From the IMG/VR virus record IMGVR_UViG_3300045391_004375, positions 1 to 64,000 of that record: DNA of 64,000 nucleotides; one strand, given 5' to 3'. Made by a program: the position numbers and the translations under genes. The notes under the pieces were generated by a model that was given only the letters and a program-made list of their open reading frames with translations, was not told the DNA's origin and made no database searches. Shown here piece by piece: positions 18,763-28,012 of this stretch (its first letter is position 1; the number at the start of each line of letters is the position of its first letter). The DNA is from a virus. Taxonomy: Duplodnaviria > Caudoviricetes.

Positions 18763-19106
18763 GCGCCAAGCGGCGTCGCCAGGGCGACTGTGCCGCCTGT
18801 GGCCGCTTCGGGGAGATCCACGCCCGGGGGCTGGACAAGAACTGCTACATGTGGGCCTGGAGCCATCGCCGGCTCGACCAGTACCAGCGTGTCCACACGG
18901 TCAATGACGACATGCTCGACGAGTGGAAGCTGTACGCCAGCGCGGCCGGCCCGACCGCCACCATTGCCAGCATCGCCGGCCGGATGGGTGTCAGCAAAGC
19001 CGCCCTCTACGTCGCGCTCAGCCGCGCCCGCAGGCGGGGCGACCCCCGGGCGGTCAGCCTCCCCACCCGCCAGGAACGCCGCGAACGTGCGAAGGTGGAG
19101 TCATGA
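18759..19106 (+). CDS. Zn-finger plus HTH DNA-binding protein
   Basis: CAACG..HARGLDKNCY; TIASIAGRMGVSKAALYVALSRARR. Confidence 0.6.
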   Translation: MSAKRRRQGDCAACGRFGEIHARGLDKNCYMWAWSHRRLDQYQRVHTVNDDMLDEWKLYASAAGPTATIASIAGRMGVSKAALYVALSRARRRGDPRAVSLPTRQERRERAKVES

Positions 19107-19798
19107 TGCTGCTGTTGAAGCTGGTGGTGTTTCTGCTGGCCGTCGGGGTGCCGGCGGTCGGCTTCGGGCTGGCCCGGGAAGCCTGGGCCCGCCGCCGCAA
19201 CCGGGTCGCCGAGGCCCACGCGCTGACCACGTTCGAGCAGTCGCAGGCGGCCCCGGCCGTCGCCCGGGTGTCGATGGCGGACCTGGAGGAGCGGCGCCGC
19301 TCGGCCGCCTGGAAGGCCAGTTTCGACGCGGCCATCGCCGACCTGAACGCCCGCTTCGACGCGATCGTGGCCGACCTGGAGGCCTCCGGCGACCGGCTGC
19401 CCCTGCCGATGCCGCCGCTGGTCGCCCTGTACGACCTGGACGGGTCGGCTCCGGTCGCGGTCGACGACGTCCCGGCCGCACCGGTCGCCCGGGAACCGAT
19501 CCTGGATGAGCTGGCCCGGTTCGACCCGGCCGGCGCCCTGGAGGTCATCCGGGAACAGAACGAGCAGCCCACGGTCTTCTCCTGGCACACCCAGGAGTTG
19601 CCGGCGGTGGAGCTGGCCGAGCTGTTCCAGCCGGGCACCTCCGGGGCGCTGGAGCCGCTGGGACCGCTTGGGCCGATGGCCGCACCGGCGCACTCCGTGG
19701 TCAGACCGTACGTGCTGGCCCTGGAGCAGTCCCGCACGATCCGGTTCCGAACGGACGACGTACCGACACCCCGCCACGCCCTGCCCGCCACCGACTGA
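19103..19798 (+). CDS. membrane-anchored hypothetical protein
   Basis: N-terminal TM. Confidence 0.6.
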   Translation: MMLLLKLVVFLLAVGVPAVGFGLAREAWARRRNRVAEAHALTTFEQSQAAPAVARVSMADLEERRRSAAWKASFDAAIADLNARFDAIVADLEASGDRLPLPMPPLVALYDLDGSAPVAVDDVPAAPVAREPILDELARFDPAGALEVIREQNEQPTVFSWHTQELPAVELAELFQPGTSGALEPLGPLGPMAAPAHSVVRPYVLALEQSRTIRFRTDDVPTPRHALPATD

Positions 19799-19809
19799 AA
19801 GGACACGTC

Positions 19810-20595
19810 GTGCCCACCACCACGACCTCCCCCGACTTCCCGGCCGTGCTGGCCGCCCGACGGGCCTACATCTCGGCCGCCGCCCCCTGCATGGGCTGTG
19901 GCGCCACCCGGGCCTTCTGCGACGCCCTGCGCGAGCAGAACACCGACCCGAGCGCACCCGGCTTCGGCTGCTGCGGGTGCGCCTACAACACCGGCGTCAT
20001 GGACTGGTGCCAGCACCAGGAGTCCCGGACCCTGCACGACAAGCTGCTGGATGAGGTGGCCAGCGGCACCGTGCGCACCGTCGAAGAGGCCTACCCGCCA
20101 TCGGCCCGCCGGGCGACCGGCCCGGTGAAGGCCCCCATCTCGTGGCTGATCGATCAAGGCGAATGGTGGCAGCCGAAGGTCGGCCCCATGGTCCGCATCG
20201 CCACCATGACCGACACCCACCGGCTGCACCTGATGCGGTGGCTGGAGCGGCGGGCCCCCTCGATGGCCACCCTGATGATGTGGAACATGGCCAGCGGCCC
20301 GCAGCCGTCTGGGGACGCGGCCTGCGACGCGTTCGAGGCCGAGATGGACCTCCTGCAGGACCACCCGGTCGAGTGGCTGCACACCACCGAGCTGTACCGG
20401 GCCCTGGCCCGGGGGATGCCTTCGCCGGACGGCGGCAAGCGGTCCCGCAAGCGTTGGGGAAAGCTGCTGCGGCGGGCCGAGCACTACTCGACGTGCCCGG
20501 CCAACCGGGACCTGAAGGCCGAATGCCGGTGCGGCCCTGAGGCGAACGATGAGGTGAACGGCCCCGGCCTGGAACCGGGCGGGGATGCGCCGTGA
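19810..20595 (+). CDS. hypothetical protein, Cys-rich N-terminus
   Basis: AAAGGA RBS; CMGC..CCGC. Confidence 0.65.
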   Translation: MPTTTTSPDFPAVLAARRAYISAAAPCMGCGATRAFCDALREQNTDPSAPGFGCCGCAYNTGVMDWCQHQESRTLHDKLLDEVASGTVRTVEEAYPPSARRATGPVKAPISWLIDQGEWWQPKVGPMVRIATMTDTHRLHLMRWLERRAPSMATLMMWNMASGPQPSGDAACDAFEAEMDLLQDHPVEWLHTTELYRALARGMPSPDGGKRSRKRWGKLLRRAEHYSTCPANRDLKAECRCGPEANDEVNGPGLEPGGDAP

Positions 20596-20744
20596 AGCGG
20601 GTCGCCGGACTGCTGGAAATCACCGGTGGCCTGCTGGTGTTCTGGGCCGCCGCATCGGCCGACGCCCCGGCCGGCCCGGTCCTGCTGGGCGTCGCACTCG
20701 TTGTGCTGGTGCTCGGGTTCATCACCTACGGGAGTGCATCCTGA
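20592..20744 (+). CDS. small membrane protein
   Basis: 50 aa, two TM. Confidence 0.55.
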   Translation: MKRVAGLLEITGGLLVFWAAASADAPAGPVLLGVALVVLVLGFITYGSAS

Positions 20745-20795
20745 CAAGTTGATCTCACATAAAACGGCCTCTGGCCTGCACAAACACGAATATGC

Positions 20796-20824
20796 TTGAC
20801 AACTGAGTTGTCACGCACTACTGT
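20796..20824 (+). promoter_or_regulatory. promoter with perfect operator
   Basis: TTGACA-N17-TACTGT; TGACAACTGAGTTGTCA 20797-20813. Confidence 0.8.
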
Positions 20825-20864
20825 GGTGTGTGTCAAGGAAACACCACCACCCAGGAGGCCCCAG

Positions 20865-21440
20865 ATGACCGGCACGTCCGCCACCCTCGCCTCGCTCCGC
20901 AGCTACACCGCCCCGTCGGCCGCCGGCCTGCGCGAGGTGGCCGTCCGGCAGGCCGCCGCCCTGCGCACCGTCACCGACCGGCCGGCTGGCGCGACCCGCA
21001 CGGTCCGCCCGGTGCGCCCGACCGTCGCCACCCCGGCCCCGGCCCGTCCGGCCAGCCCGACCTTCGCCGAGGTGGACGCCCTGCTCGCGCAGATCCCCAC
21101 CGGCCGGTACGCGCTGCCCCGCACCGTGGCCAGCGGCTCCGGCAACATGATCACCTTCTTCGAGGTGCGCGAGCTGAAGCGGACCGGCAAGCGCCAGATC
21201 GTGCAGCTCATCGGCAGCACCGGCGACTACGAGCGCCAGCCGCTGCGGCTGAACCTGCAGTTCCACGCGGCCCGGCACATCCTGGAGTCCATCGAGCACG
21301 CCGCCGCCCTGTACGGCCGCACCGCCAAGGAGTGCGGCTTCTGCGCCGCCAGCGGGCGCACCTCCCCGCTGTCCAACAGCCGCTCCCTGGCCGTCGGCTA
21401 CGGCCAGGGCTGCGCCGAGAAGTACGGTCTGCCCTGGTAA
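20865..21440 (+). CDS. DUF6011-like Zn-finger protein
   Basis: C-terminal CGFC..PLSNSRSLAVGYGQGCAEK. Confidence 0.6.
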   Translation: MTGTSATLASLRSYTAPSAAGLREVAVRQAAALRTVTDRPAGATRTVRPVRPTVATPAPARPASPTFAEVDALLAQIPTGRYALPRTVASGSGNMITFFEVRELKRTGKRQIVQLIGSTGDYERQPLRLNLQFHAARHILESIEHAAALYGRTAKECGFCAASGRTSPLSNSRSLAVGYGQGCAEKYGLPW

Positions 21441-21510
21441 TGCCACCCACCCGGGGGCCCCGGCCCCCGGGCACCGTTCCCGTCCACCATCCACCACTGG
21501 AGGCCCAGCA

Positions 21511-22239
21511 ATGTCCGAGCAGCCCACCACCGGCGCCAACGCCGCCAAGCTGCGTATGGTCCAGCTCCTGCTCGCCAAGGCCAGCGACCCGGCCGCCACC
21601 GCCGAAGAGTCCGCCGTCTACATGGAGAAGGCCACCGAGCTGATGGCCAAGTACGGCATCGAAGAGGCCATGATCAACGAGGCCAAGCCGGCCGGCGAGC
21701 GCGAGCAGGTCACCCGCAAGCAGATCGTCATCCCGGCCCCGTACGCGCTGGAGAAGCGCACCCTGCTCAACGAGATCGGCAAGGCGTTCGGTGTGCGCAC
21801 CATCCACCACAGCGGCACCAAGCCGTTGCGGGTGACCATGTTCGGGTACCCGTCCGACCTGACCACGGTGGAGGCCCTGTTCGCCTCCCTGACCTTGCAG
21901 GCCACCCGGGACGTGCTGCGCGAAGAGGTGCCCTACTGGGACAACACGGCCGCCTTCCGGCGCACCTTCCTGGTCGGCTTCGCCGCCGTGGTGGGCCGCC
22001 GGCTGGCCGACATGTACCGCAAGGTGGAGCGCGAGCAGACCGCCACCACCCCCGGCACCGCCCTGGTGCTGGCCGACCGGCGCCAGGCCGTGGACGTCGC
22101 CTTCGCCGAGGCGTTCCCCAGGACCACCAGCCAGAGCCGGAACCTCTCCGGCAGCGGCGGCCGGGCCGGGCGCGCGGCCGGGCACCGGGCCGACCTGGGC
22201 GGCCACAAGGTCGGCGGCGGCCGGCGGGCCCTGGGCTGA
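21511..22239 (+). CDS. DUF2786 domain protein
   Basis: LLLAKASD..AEESAVYMEKATELMAKYGI. Confidence 0.75.
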   Translation: MSEQPTTGANAAKLRMVQLLLAKASDPAATAEESAVYMEKATELMAKYGIEEAMINEAKPAGEREQVTRKQIVIPAPYALEKRTLLNEIGKAFGVRTIHHSGTKPLRVTMFGYPSDLTTVEALFASLTLQATRDVLREEVPYWDNTAAFRRTFLVGFAAVVGRRLADMYRKVEREQTATTPGTALVLADRRQAVDVAFAEAFPRTTSQSRNLSGSGGRAGRAAGHRADLGGHKVGGGRRALG

Positions 22240-22246
22240 CATGCCA

Positions 22247-22284
22247 GCCGGCCCCGCCCGGACTTCCCCCCGGGCGGGGCCGGC
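22247..22284 (+). terminator. 15-bp GC hairpin
   Basis: GCCGGCCCCGCCCGG/CCGGGCGGGGCCGGC after stop. Confidence 0.55.
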
Positions 22285-22322
22285 ACATCGAACTGACCAG
22301 CGACAACGAAGGAGCAAACACC

Positions 22323-22883
22323 ATGCGCACGAAAGATCTCCTGGGCAAAGTCCAGGACGTGTACTACCCGGGCACCTGGGGTGACCGCAGGGCCTACCGG
22401 GAAGACCGGGAAGACCCAGAGCAGCTGCGGTGGACCTGCAACGGCAAGGGCTACGCCCGGCAGGGTGGCTCGTACTCGATGACCTACTCCGAGGTGCAGC
22501 CGGACACTCGGGTCCGGGTGACGCACCTGCGGCTGACCCGCCCGGACGGTCGCGGTGGTCAGCGGGTCGAGTTCGCCACGCCCGGCCAGATCATCGGCCC
22601 CTACGACGAGGTTGTCGCCGCCCGCCGGCCGGTCATCGCCGAGACGAAGGCCCGACGGCAGGCCGCAGAGGATCGGCGGAGCGCTGCCGCACAGCGCACG
22701 GAAACCCTCTCCCGGGAGGTGGCCCGGCTGATCGCCCTGCTGGAGCTGCCGGTGGAGCACTTCTACCGGCCCCCCACCAACGATTACGAGAACCCCAAGA
22801 TCGCGGTAGACCTGAACACGTTGCGCCAGATCCTGTTCGATCTGGCCAACCTGCGGAAGGCCGCCGAGCGGCCCGACGTCTGA
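22323..22883 (+). CDS. hypothetical protein
   Basis: AAGGAG RBS. Confidence 0.7.
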   Translation: MRTKDLLGKVQDVYYPGTWGDRRAYREDREDPEQLRWTCNGKGYARQGGSYSMTYSEVQPDTRVRVTHLRLTRPDGRGGQRVEFATPGQIIGPYDEVVAARRPVIAETKARRQAAEDRRSAAAQRTETLSREVARLIALLELPVEHFYRPPTNDYENPKIAVDLNTLRQILFDLANLRKAAERPDV

Positions 22884-22963
22884 CAGACGACTTGACAGGG
22901 ATCGATGGGCCTGCTTCGCTGTGCCACGTGCATGTGCACCCAGGCAGGCCCACCACCACGCAC

Positions 22964-23036
22964 GGGCTCGTAACTCAGCGGTCAGAGTCGCCGCCTCTAA
23001 AGCGCGCGGTCGCCGGTTCGAATCCGGCCGAGCCCT
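22964..23036 (+). tRNA. tRNA with CUA (amber) anticodon
   Basis: 7-bp acceptor GGGCTCG/CGAGCCC, D stem ACTC/GAGT, loop CTCTAAA (CTA 22997-22999), T arm GCCGG-TTCGAAT-CCGGC; bulged anticodon stem; no encoded CCA. Confidence 0.8.
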
Positions 23037-23128
23037 CGCGCCCCAGCCGGGGCCACGCCGAGAACTACACGGGTGTAACTACACCGGTGGAATTTCACGG
23101 CGGTAACTCCACGGAAGGAACTACCCGG

Positions 23129-23998
23129 ATGAGATTCTTCAACCGCCTGACCGGCGGGGCGGTCGCCCTCGCGGTGGTCAGCCTCGGCGTGATCGCCGCA
23201 GCCGGCGCCGCGTCGGCCGACATCGCCCCCGACTGCAAGACCGTCACGATCCACTACACGAACCGGCCGGACAGCGGCAACCACGGCACCTGGGCCACCG
23301 ACACCTTCGCCCGGGTGATCCAGGTCTGCCACGACACGACCGTCAAGCCGGCCGAGAGCATCGCCGTCCAGGCGTGGCACTACAAGGCCATCGTGCACGA
23401 CAACGGCACCTTCGTGACGGTCGGCGGGGCCAGCAACTCGCCGAACGAGGGCCACGCCGTGCACGGCGGCACGCCCGGCGTCATGGTCGGCGGGTTCACC
23501 GCGACCTTCACCGCCCCCCACGACTGGGGCTACTGGAACGGCGACGCGTTCAACGGCAAGACGCTGAACGGCCCGGCCGGCGACACCAACCCGACCACAT
23601 CGAACGTGGTCAAGGCGTTGTGGACGGACGGGTTCGAAGGCAACAGCATCAACAACGACTGGAAGTGGGTGTACCGCACCTGCGCCAAGGGTGACAAGTG
23701 CGTCGAGCAGTGGATCGACGCCTACCCGTCGGACGGTGCGGGCAGGCGGGACGGCGACATCACCGGCAAGCCGTGCCCGTCCGCCTCGGCCTCGACCAGC
23801 TCCACCGCCACGCCCACCGGCACGCCGAGCCTGCACACCGGCAGCCCGGTCGTCCAAGTGACCGGCTCGACCGCCGCCGGCCTGCCGGTGACCGGCTCGA
23901 AGACCACCGTCATGGCCGGCGGGGCCGCCGTGCTGATCCTCGCCGGGACCGGCCTGTTCCTGCTGGCGCGGCGCCGCCGGGTCCGTTTCGAGGCGTGA
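23129..23998 (+). CDS. secreted LPXTG-anchored surface protein
   Basis: signal peptide ending AASA; Ser/Thr linker; LPVTG, TM, RRRR tail. Confidence 0.85.
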   Translation: MRFFNRLTGGAVALAVVSLGVIAAAGAASADIAPDCKTVTIHYTNRPDSGNHGTWATDTFARVIQVCHDTTVKPAESIAVQAWHYKAIVHDNGTFVTVGGASNSPNEGHAVHGGTPGVMVGGFTATFTAPHDWGYWNGDAFNGKTLNGPAGDTNPTTSNVVKALWTDGFEGNSINNDWKWVYRTCAKGDKCVEQWIDAYPSDGAGRRDGDITGKPCPSASASTSSTATPTGTPSLHTGSPVVQVTGSTAAGLPVTGSKTTVMAGGAAVLILAGTGLFLLARRRRVRFEA

Positions 23999-24011
23999 GC
24001 AGGAGCCGACG

Positions 24012-24440
24012 GTGACCACGATCAGCCTCGGGGCCCGCCTGAAAGCCGGGTTCGTCGCGGCCGGCCTGCTGGCCGTCGTGGTCACCGGCGGCCCCCACCT
24101 GCTCACGCTGACCACCGGTCCCACCCGCACGGTGCGGCTGGTCAGCTCCTGGGAGCAGGGCGACAACGCCACCATGTCGTGGACGGTGTCGGACCCGCCC
24201 AGCAACGGCCGCTCCGCACTGAGCAAGTCACACATGCTGGTGCCCTACCCGCCGGTCGTGTACGTGCAGGCCCGCACCGGCGCGGTGGTCACGCTGACCA
24301 CCGTGGCCGGCGGCGGGTACACCTACTGCCAGATCAAGATCGTCGGCGAGAAGCGGGTGCCGAAAAGCCCACCGATCACCGTCACCGGCCTGGACGGCAA
24401 GGCGTCCTGCAGCCGCACCGTCACCAACCCGCCCTCGTGA
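24012..24440 (+). CDS. membrane-anchored beta-rich (MmpS-like) protein
   Basis: N-terminal TM; YCQIKIVG..ASC cysteine pair. Confidence 0.5.
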   Translation: MTTISLGARLKAGFVAAGLLAVVVTGGPHLLTLTTGPTRTVRLVSSWEQGDNATMSWTVSDPPSNGRSALSKSHMLVPYPPVVYVQARTGAVVTLTTVAGGGYTYCQIKIVGEKRVPKSPPITVTGLDGKASCSRTVTNPPS

Positions 24441-24492
24441 TCCACCACGCCAACCGCCACGCCAACCACCACGTTCGAACGGAGTCCACCAC

Positions 24493-24792
24493 ATGATCAG
24501 CGCCTCGCTCGCCCTCAAGCTCGCCGCCGTGGCCGCCGGCTGCCTCGCGTCGCTCGGCGTGTGCGACCCGGCCAAGTCCGACGCCCCCGAGCCGACCCCG
24601 GACAACATCGTCGATGGCACCCACACCCAGGTCATCCGGATGCCCGACGGGTTCCGCAACATCGCCTTCACCTGCTACGGCCACAACGGCCTGTACGTCA
24701 CCAGCCGGGGCGCCTTCCAGACCGGCGCCAAGGATCTGACCCCCCTCGCCTCCAGCGTCACCGTCGTGCCCGACGACGAGCACTGCAAGTAG
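24493..24792 (+). CDS. secreted hypothetical protein
   Basis: signal-like N-terminus, GGAG RBS. Confidence 0.65.
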   Translation: MISASLALKLAAVAAGCLASLGVCDPAKSDAPEPTPDNIVDGTHTQVIRMPDGFRNIAFTCYGHNGLYVTSRGAFQTGAKDLTPLASSVTVVPDDEHCK

Positions 24793-24808
24793 GCTGTCCC
24801 GCAGCACA

Positions 24809-25255
24809 ATGAACCACTCCCGCCCCGGGCCGTTCCGGTGTAGCCGGCCCGGGGCGGGCCTGTTCCTGACCACCGACGCAGCCCAGGAGCCAACCCCCGT
24901 CATGGACGACACACCCACCCAGGCCGACCAGACCCGCTTCGACCTGATCCGCCCGCACGGCATCGCGCCCAACACCGGCCCGAAAGTCAACCCGCCACCC
25001 TCCCGGCCCCGCACCGACCCGTCCGGCCGCCGCAAGCACCCCACCGGGCCGCTCCCCGGCGACCTGCTCGATGAGGCCACCCTGCGCAGGGTCGTCGCCA
25101 ACCGTCGAGCCCGACACCAGCACCGCATGGACGTCTACGCCGAGGTCCAGGCCATCGGCTGGATGGCCATGGTGTGGGTAGGCGTGGTGCTGATCGGGTT
25201 GGCCGGGGTGATCCTGTGGGGCCTGTTCGCCGGCTGGGTGCACGTCCCCAGCTGA
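24809..25255 (+). CDS. membrane protein (start may be 24902)
   Basis: C-terminal TM. Confidence 0.55.
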   Translation: MNHSRPGPFRCSRPGAGLFLTTDAAQEPTPVMDDTPTQADQTRFDLIRPHGIAPNTGPKVNPPPSRPRTDPSGRRKHPTGPLPGDLLDEATLRRVVANRRARHQHRMDVYAEVQAIGWMAMVWVGVVLIGLAGVILWGLFAGWVHVPS

Positions 25256-25263
25256 CCAGCCGT

Positions 25264-25293
25264 TTGACAACTGGCTTGACACAAGCGTATTGT
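25264..25293 (+). promoter_or_regulatory. promoter with operator variant, leaderless mRNA
   Basis: TTGACA-N18-TATTGT, ATG 7 nt later; TGACAACTGGCTTGACA 25265-25281. Confidence 0.7.
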
Positions 25294-25300
25294 GGGTGAC

Positions 25301-25450
25301 ATGACCACCATCTTCGATTTCTTCCGCAGCGCTCCGGCGTGGGCCATCAACCACCCCATGGTCGGCATCGGCCTGATGGCGCTGTTCCTGGTGCTCGTGC
25401 TGGCCGTCACCCGGGAGATCTCCCGGGTGCGCGACATGGACGGGAGCTGA
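25301..25450 (+). CDS. small membrane protein
   Basis: 49 aa, one TM. Confidence 0.6.
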   Translation: MTTIFDFFRSAPAWAINHPMVGIGLMALFLVLVLAVTREISRVRDMDGS

Positions 25451-25453
25451 CGG

Positions 25454-25576
25454 GTGGACCTGCACCAGATCCTGCAGTGGGCCGCCGACAACCCCCTGGG
25501 GTGTGTGCTCGGCGGCAGCATCGCCGTTGGCGCGTTCTTCCTGCTGCGCGGTCTGTACGGGAACCGGGGGCGCTGA
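25454..25576 (+). CDS. small membrane protein
   Basis: 40 aa, one TM. Confidence 0.55.
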   Translation: MDLHQILQWAADNPLGCVLGGSIAVGAFFLLRGLYGNRGR

Positions 25577-25770
25577 TGTGGCACGACCTGATCGTGCAGT
25601 TCGGCGTGGTCCGTATCGGGGTGACCGTGCTGCTCGCGGTAGCCGGCTGTCTGGTGCTGGTGGCCAGCCCGAACAAGCTCAAGTCCACCGTCGCCATCAT
25701 CACCATCATGTTGATGTTCGCCGTGACCTGGGGTTATGACCTGATCATGGCCTTGATCAAGGAGCACTGA
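25576..25770 (+). CDS. small membrane protein
   Basis: 64 aa, two TM, TGATG coupling. Confidence 0.6.
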   Translation: MWHDLIVQFGVVRIGVTVLLAVAGCLVLVASPNKLKSTVAIITIMLMFAVTWGYDLIMALIKEH

Positions 25771-26007
25771 ATGTCCACCACGAAGCGCACCACGTCCGGA
25801 CCCATCGGCCCCGACGAGACGGTCAAGCTCGACATCAGCATCGAGATCAGCACCCGGGACGTGGCCGACACCGGCCTGACCGTGGCCGCCTGGAACAAGC
25901 TCACCGACGCCCGGCGGATGGCCATCGTGCAGGAGATCTGGGACGGTATGGCCTCGCGGGACGACGGCGGCATCACCGTGGTCACCCCCGGCGCGACGGA
26001 GGTGTGA
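25771..26007 (+). CDS. hypothetical protein
   Basis: AAGGAG RBS. Confidence 0.65.
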   Translation: MSTTKRTTSGPIGPDETVKLDISIEISTRDVADTGLTVAAWNKLTDARRMAIVQEIWDGMASRDDGGITVVTPGATEV

Positions 26008-26010
26008 ACC

Positions 26011-26361
26011 ATGCCCAGATTGGTCGACGGCCGTAACGTCTCGGTGGAGATCCACTACTCGGATGACTGGGCCGCCCTGTACGTGGACGGCAAGCTACAC
26101 AGCGACCCCGGCGACTCGTACCGAATTGAAGAAGAGGCGTTTGCGCTGCTCGGCGTGCGACAGGTGATGGATGACGCGTTCATGCGCGGCCAGAAGGCCC
26201 GGGACGGGGTGGCCCGCACCCTCTGGGAGGTGACCGAGTTCGCCTCCCAGAGGGACGCCGACCGGGCCGAGGCCGTGCGGAAGCGCGAGCTGGCCGGCAA
26301 GCTGCTCGCCGAGGCCGATGAGCTGGAGCGCGCCGCCGGCAGCGGGAGGACTGAGCCGTGA
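26011..26361 (+). CDS. hypothetical protein
   Basis: GGAGG RBS. Confidence 0.65.
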   Translation: MPRLVDGRNVSVEIHYSDDWAALYVDGKLHSDPGDSYRIEEEAFALLGVRQVMDDAFMRGQKARDGVARTLWEVTEFASQRDADRAEAVRKRELAGKLLAEADELERAAGSGRTEP

Positions 26362-26642
26362 CGTTCACCCAGGTAGCCAACATGACCAGCGCGGAGCGGC
26401 TGAACCTGGCCGCCCAGCACATCGAGCGTGCCCGTGCCTCATGGGCCCACAACTCGCCCACCCTCGCGGCCACCCTGGCCGCCGGCCACTCGACCATGGC
26501 TCAGGCGGTCCTCGCGTACGACCTGGCCACTCGGGCGATGGCCCAGGACCCGCCCGCCCGGTGCGGGCGGTGCGGCCGGTACGAGTTCGAGCACAAGACG
26601 TTCGCCCACCACTTCGAGCCACCGAAGGAAGACCATGGCTGA
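26358..26642 (+). CDS. hypothetical protein
   Basis: GTGA overlap. Confidence 0.6.
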   Translation: MTFTQVANMTSAERLNLAAQHIERARASWAHNSPTLAATLAAGHSTMAQAVLAYDLATRAMAQDPPARCGRCGRYEFEHKTFAHHFEPPKEDHG

Positions 26643-27414
26643 CCGGTACTTCATCGCCCTCGGCGCGCACGGCCCCGAACGGGAAGTCACCCGGGCCGAG
26701 TTCATCGCCGCCGAGCAGGCCGCCGGATTCCGCAGCAAGTCCGGCCCCGACACCGTGGCCACCGGCGGATTCAGCGACGGCCGCATGCGGGGCCGGGTCG
26801 TGAGCGTCCCCGACGACGGCAAGCCGGCGGACCCGCCGCCCGCCGGCTTGTCGTCCACCGACCTGCTGACCTTGGTCCGGGAGTACGCGGGCGCGTTGTA
26901 CGCCCTCGGCCGGTCCGGGGTGCGCATTCAGGAAGTGGTCCGGCAGACCGGGGTCATGTTCGACATGATCAAGGCCCGGTACGCGGCGGCCGAGCAGGCC
27001 GCCGCCGACCCGGACCTGACCACCGGGACCGTGCTGTCCGCCCTGGACGGCCAGTGGTCGCCGCCGGACCGTCCGGCCGACCGGCCAGCGAGCGGGTACC
27101 CGAGCGAGCAGCCCGCCCCGATCGCCGAACCGTTCCACGGTCAAGGCGACCCGGGCTGGCGCCCCGGCCCCCACTCCCCGACCGACGGCGTCCAGTACAT
27201 CGCCCAGCAGCTCGTCGCGCTCGGCTGGGCCGAACACGGCGCCCAACAGTGGGCCGAGGAGCTGCTGTGCCGGTACCCGCACCTCTGCCACGACGACTAC
27301 CTGGCCGTCGCCGAGGTGGCCGACATGCTGCACGTCACCGTGGACGACCCGCACGACTGGGACAGCCACGGGGCCGTGCTGAACGTCCTGGAATGGCGCT
27401 GGCGGACCCGGTGA
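26635..27414 (+). CDS. hypothetical protein
   Basis: AAGGA RBS; possibly multi-domain. Confidence 0.6.
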   Translation: MADRYFIALGAHGPEREVTRAEFIAAEQAAGFRSKSGPDTVATGGFSDGRMRGRVVSVPDDGKPADPPPAGLSSTDLLTLVREYAGALYALGRSGVRIQEVVRQTGVMFDMIKARYAAAEQAAADPDLTTGTVLSALDGQWSPPDRPADRPASGYPSEQPAPIAEPFHGQGDPGWRPGPHSPTDGVQYIAQQLVALGWAEHGAQQWAEELLCRYPHLCHDDYLAVAEVADMLHVTVDDPHDWDSHGAVLNVLEWRWRTR

Positions 27415-27536
27415 GCTTCAACCCGCAACGTGCCCGCAACCGGGGTCAGGCCACCCTGGTCTGGTACGTCATCGCCGCCCTGCTGATCATCTTCGTCATC
27501 TGCCCGATCCTCGGGTGTCTCGGTATCGGAAGGTAA
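27411..27536 (+). CDS. small membrane protein
   Basis: one TM. Confidence 0.5.
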   Translation: MSFNPQRARNRGQATLVWYVIAALLIIFVICPILGCLGIGR

Positions 27537-27544
27537 CCATCACC

Positions 27545-28012
27545 ATGTACGACGAACACGGCGAACCCAGCGAAACGCTCATCCAGGCCTGGAACGAACA
27601 CAACGACCACGCCGACGACAACGAAGGCGACGACGAGATCGACGGGCGCGACACCTCCGACGAGCCGGAACCGCCGGACGCGCCCTCATTCTGGGATGCC
27701 GGGGAAGCCAACGCCTGGCGGGCCGGCTGGCTGACCGGCTGGCGGGTCCACCGCGACACCCCGGCCGTGCAGCCGGAGCCCGAGCCGGAGGTGTACGAGT
27801 TCGAGCTGCTCGGCCCCGACCTGGCCCGCGCCCAGAGCGTGACCGCCGAGCGCTACCAGTACCAACTCTTCAGCGGCCGGTACCACTTCCTGATCGGTGA
27901 CCGGATCGTCTTCGAATGCCCCGGCAGCGCCATCACATCCATCCGGAACATCACCCTGAACAGGCGGGCCATCGCGCGGCTACGCCACCAGAACGCCACC
28001 GAGCTGCTATGA
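27545..28012 (+). CDS. hypothetical acidic protein
   Basis: coding bias. Confidence 0.6.
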   Translation: MYDEHGEPSETLIQAWNEHNDHADDNEGDDEIDGRDTSDEPEPPDAPSFWDAGEANAWRAGWLTGWRVHRDTPAVQPEPEPEVYEFELLGPDLARAQSVTAERYQYQLFSGRYHFLIGDRIVFECPGSAITSIRNITLNRRAIARLRHQNATELL

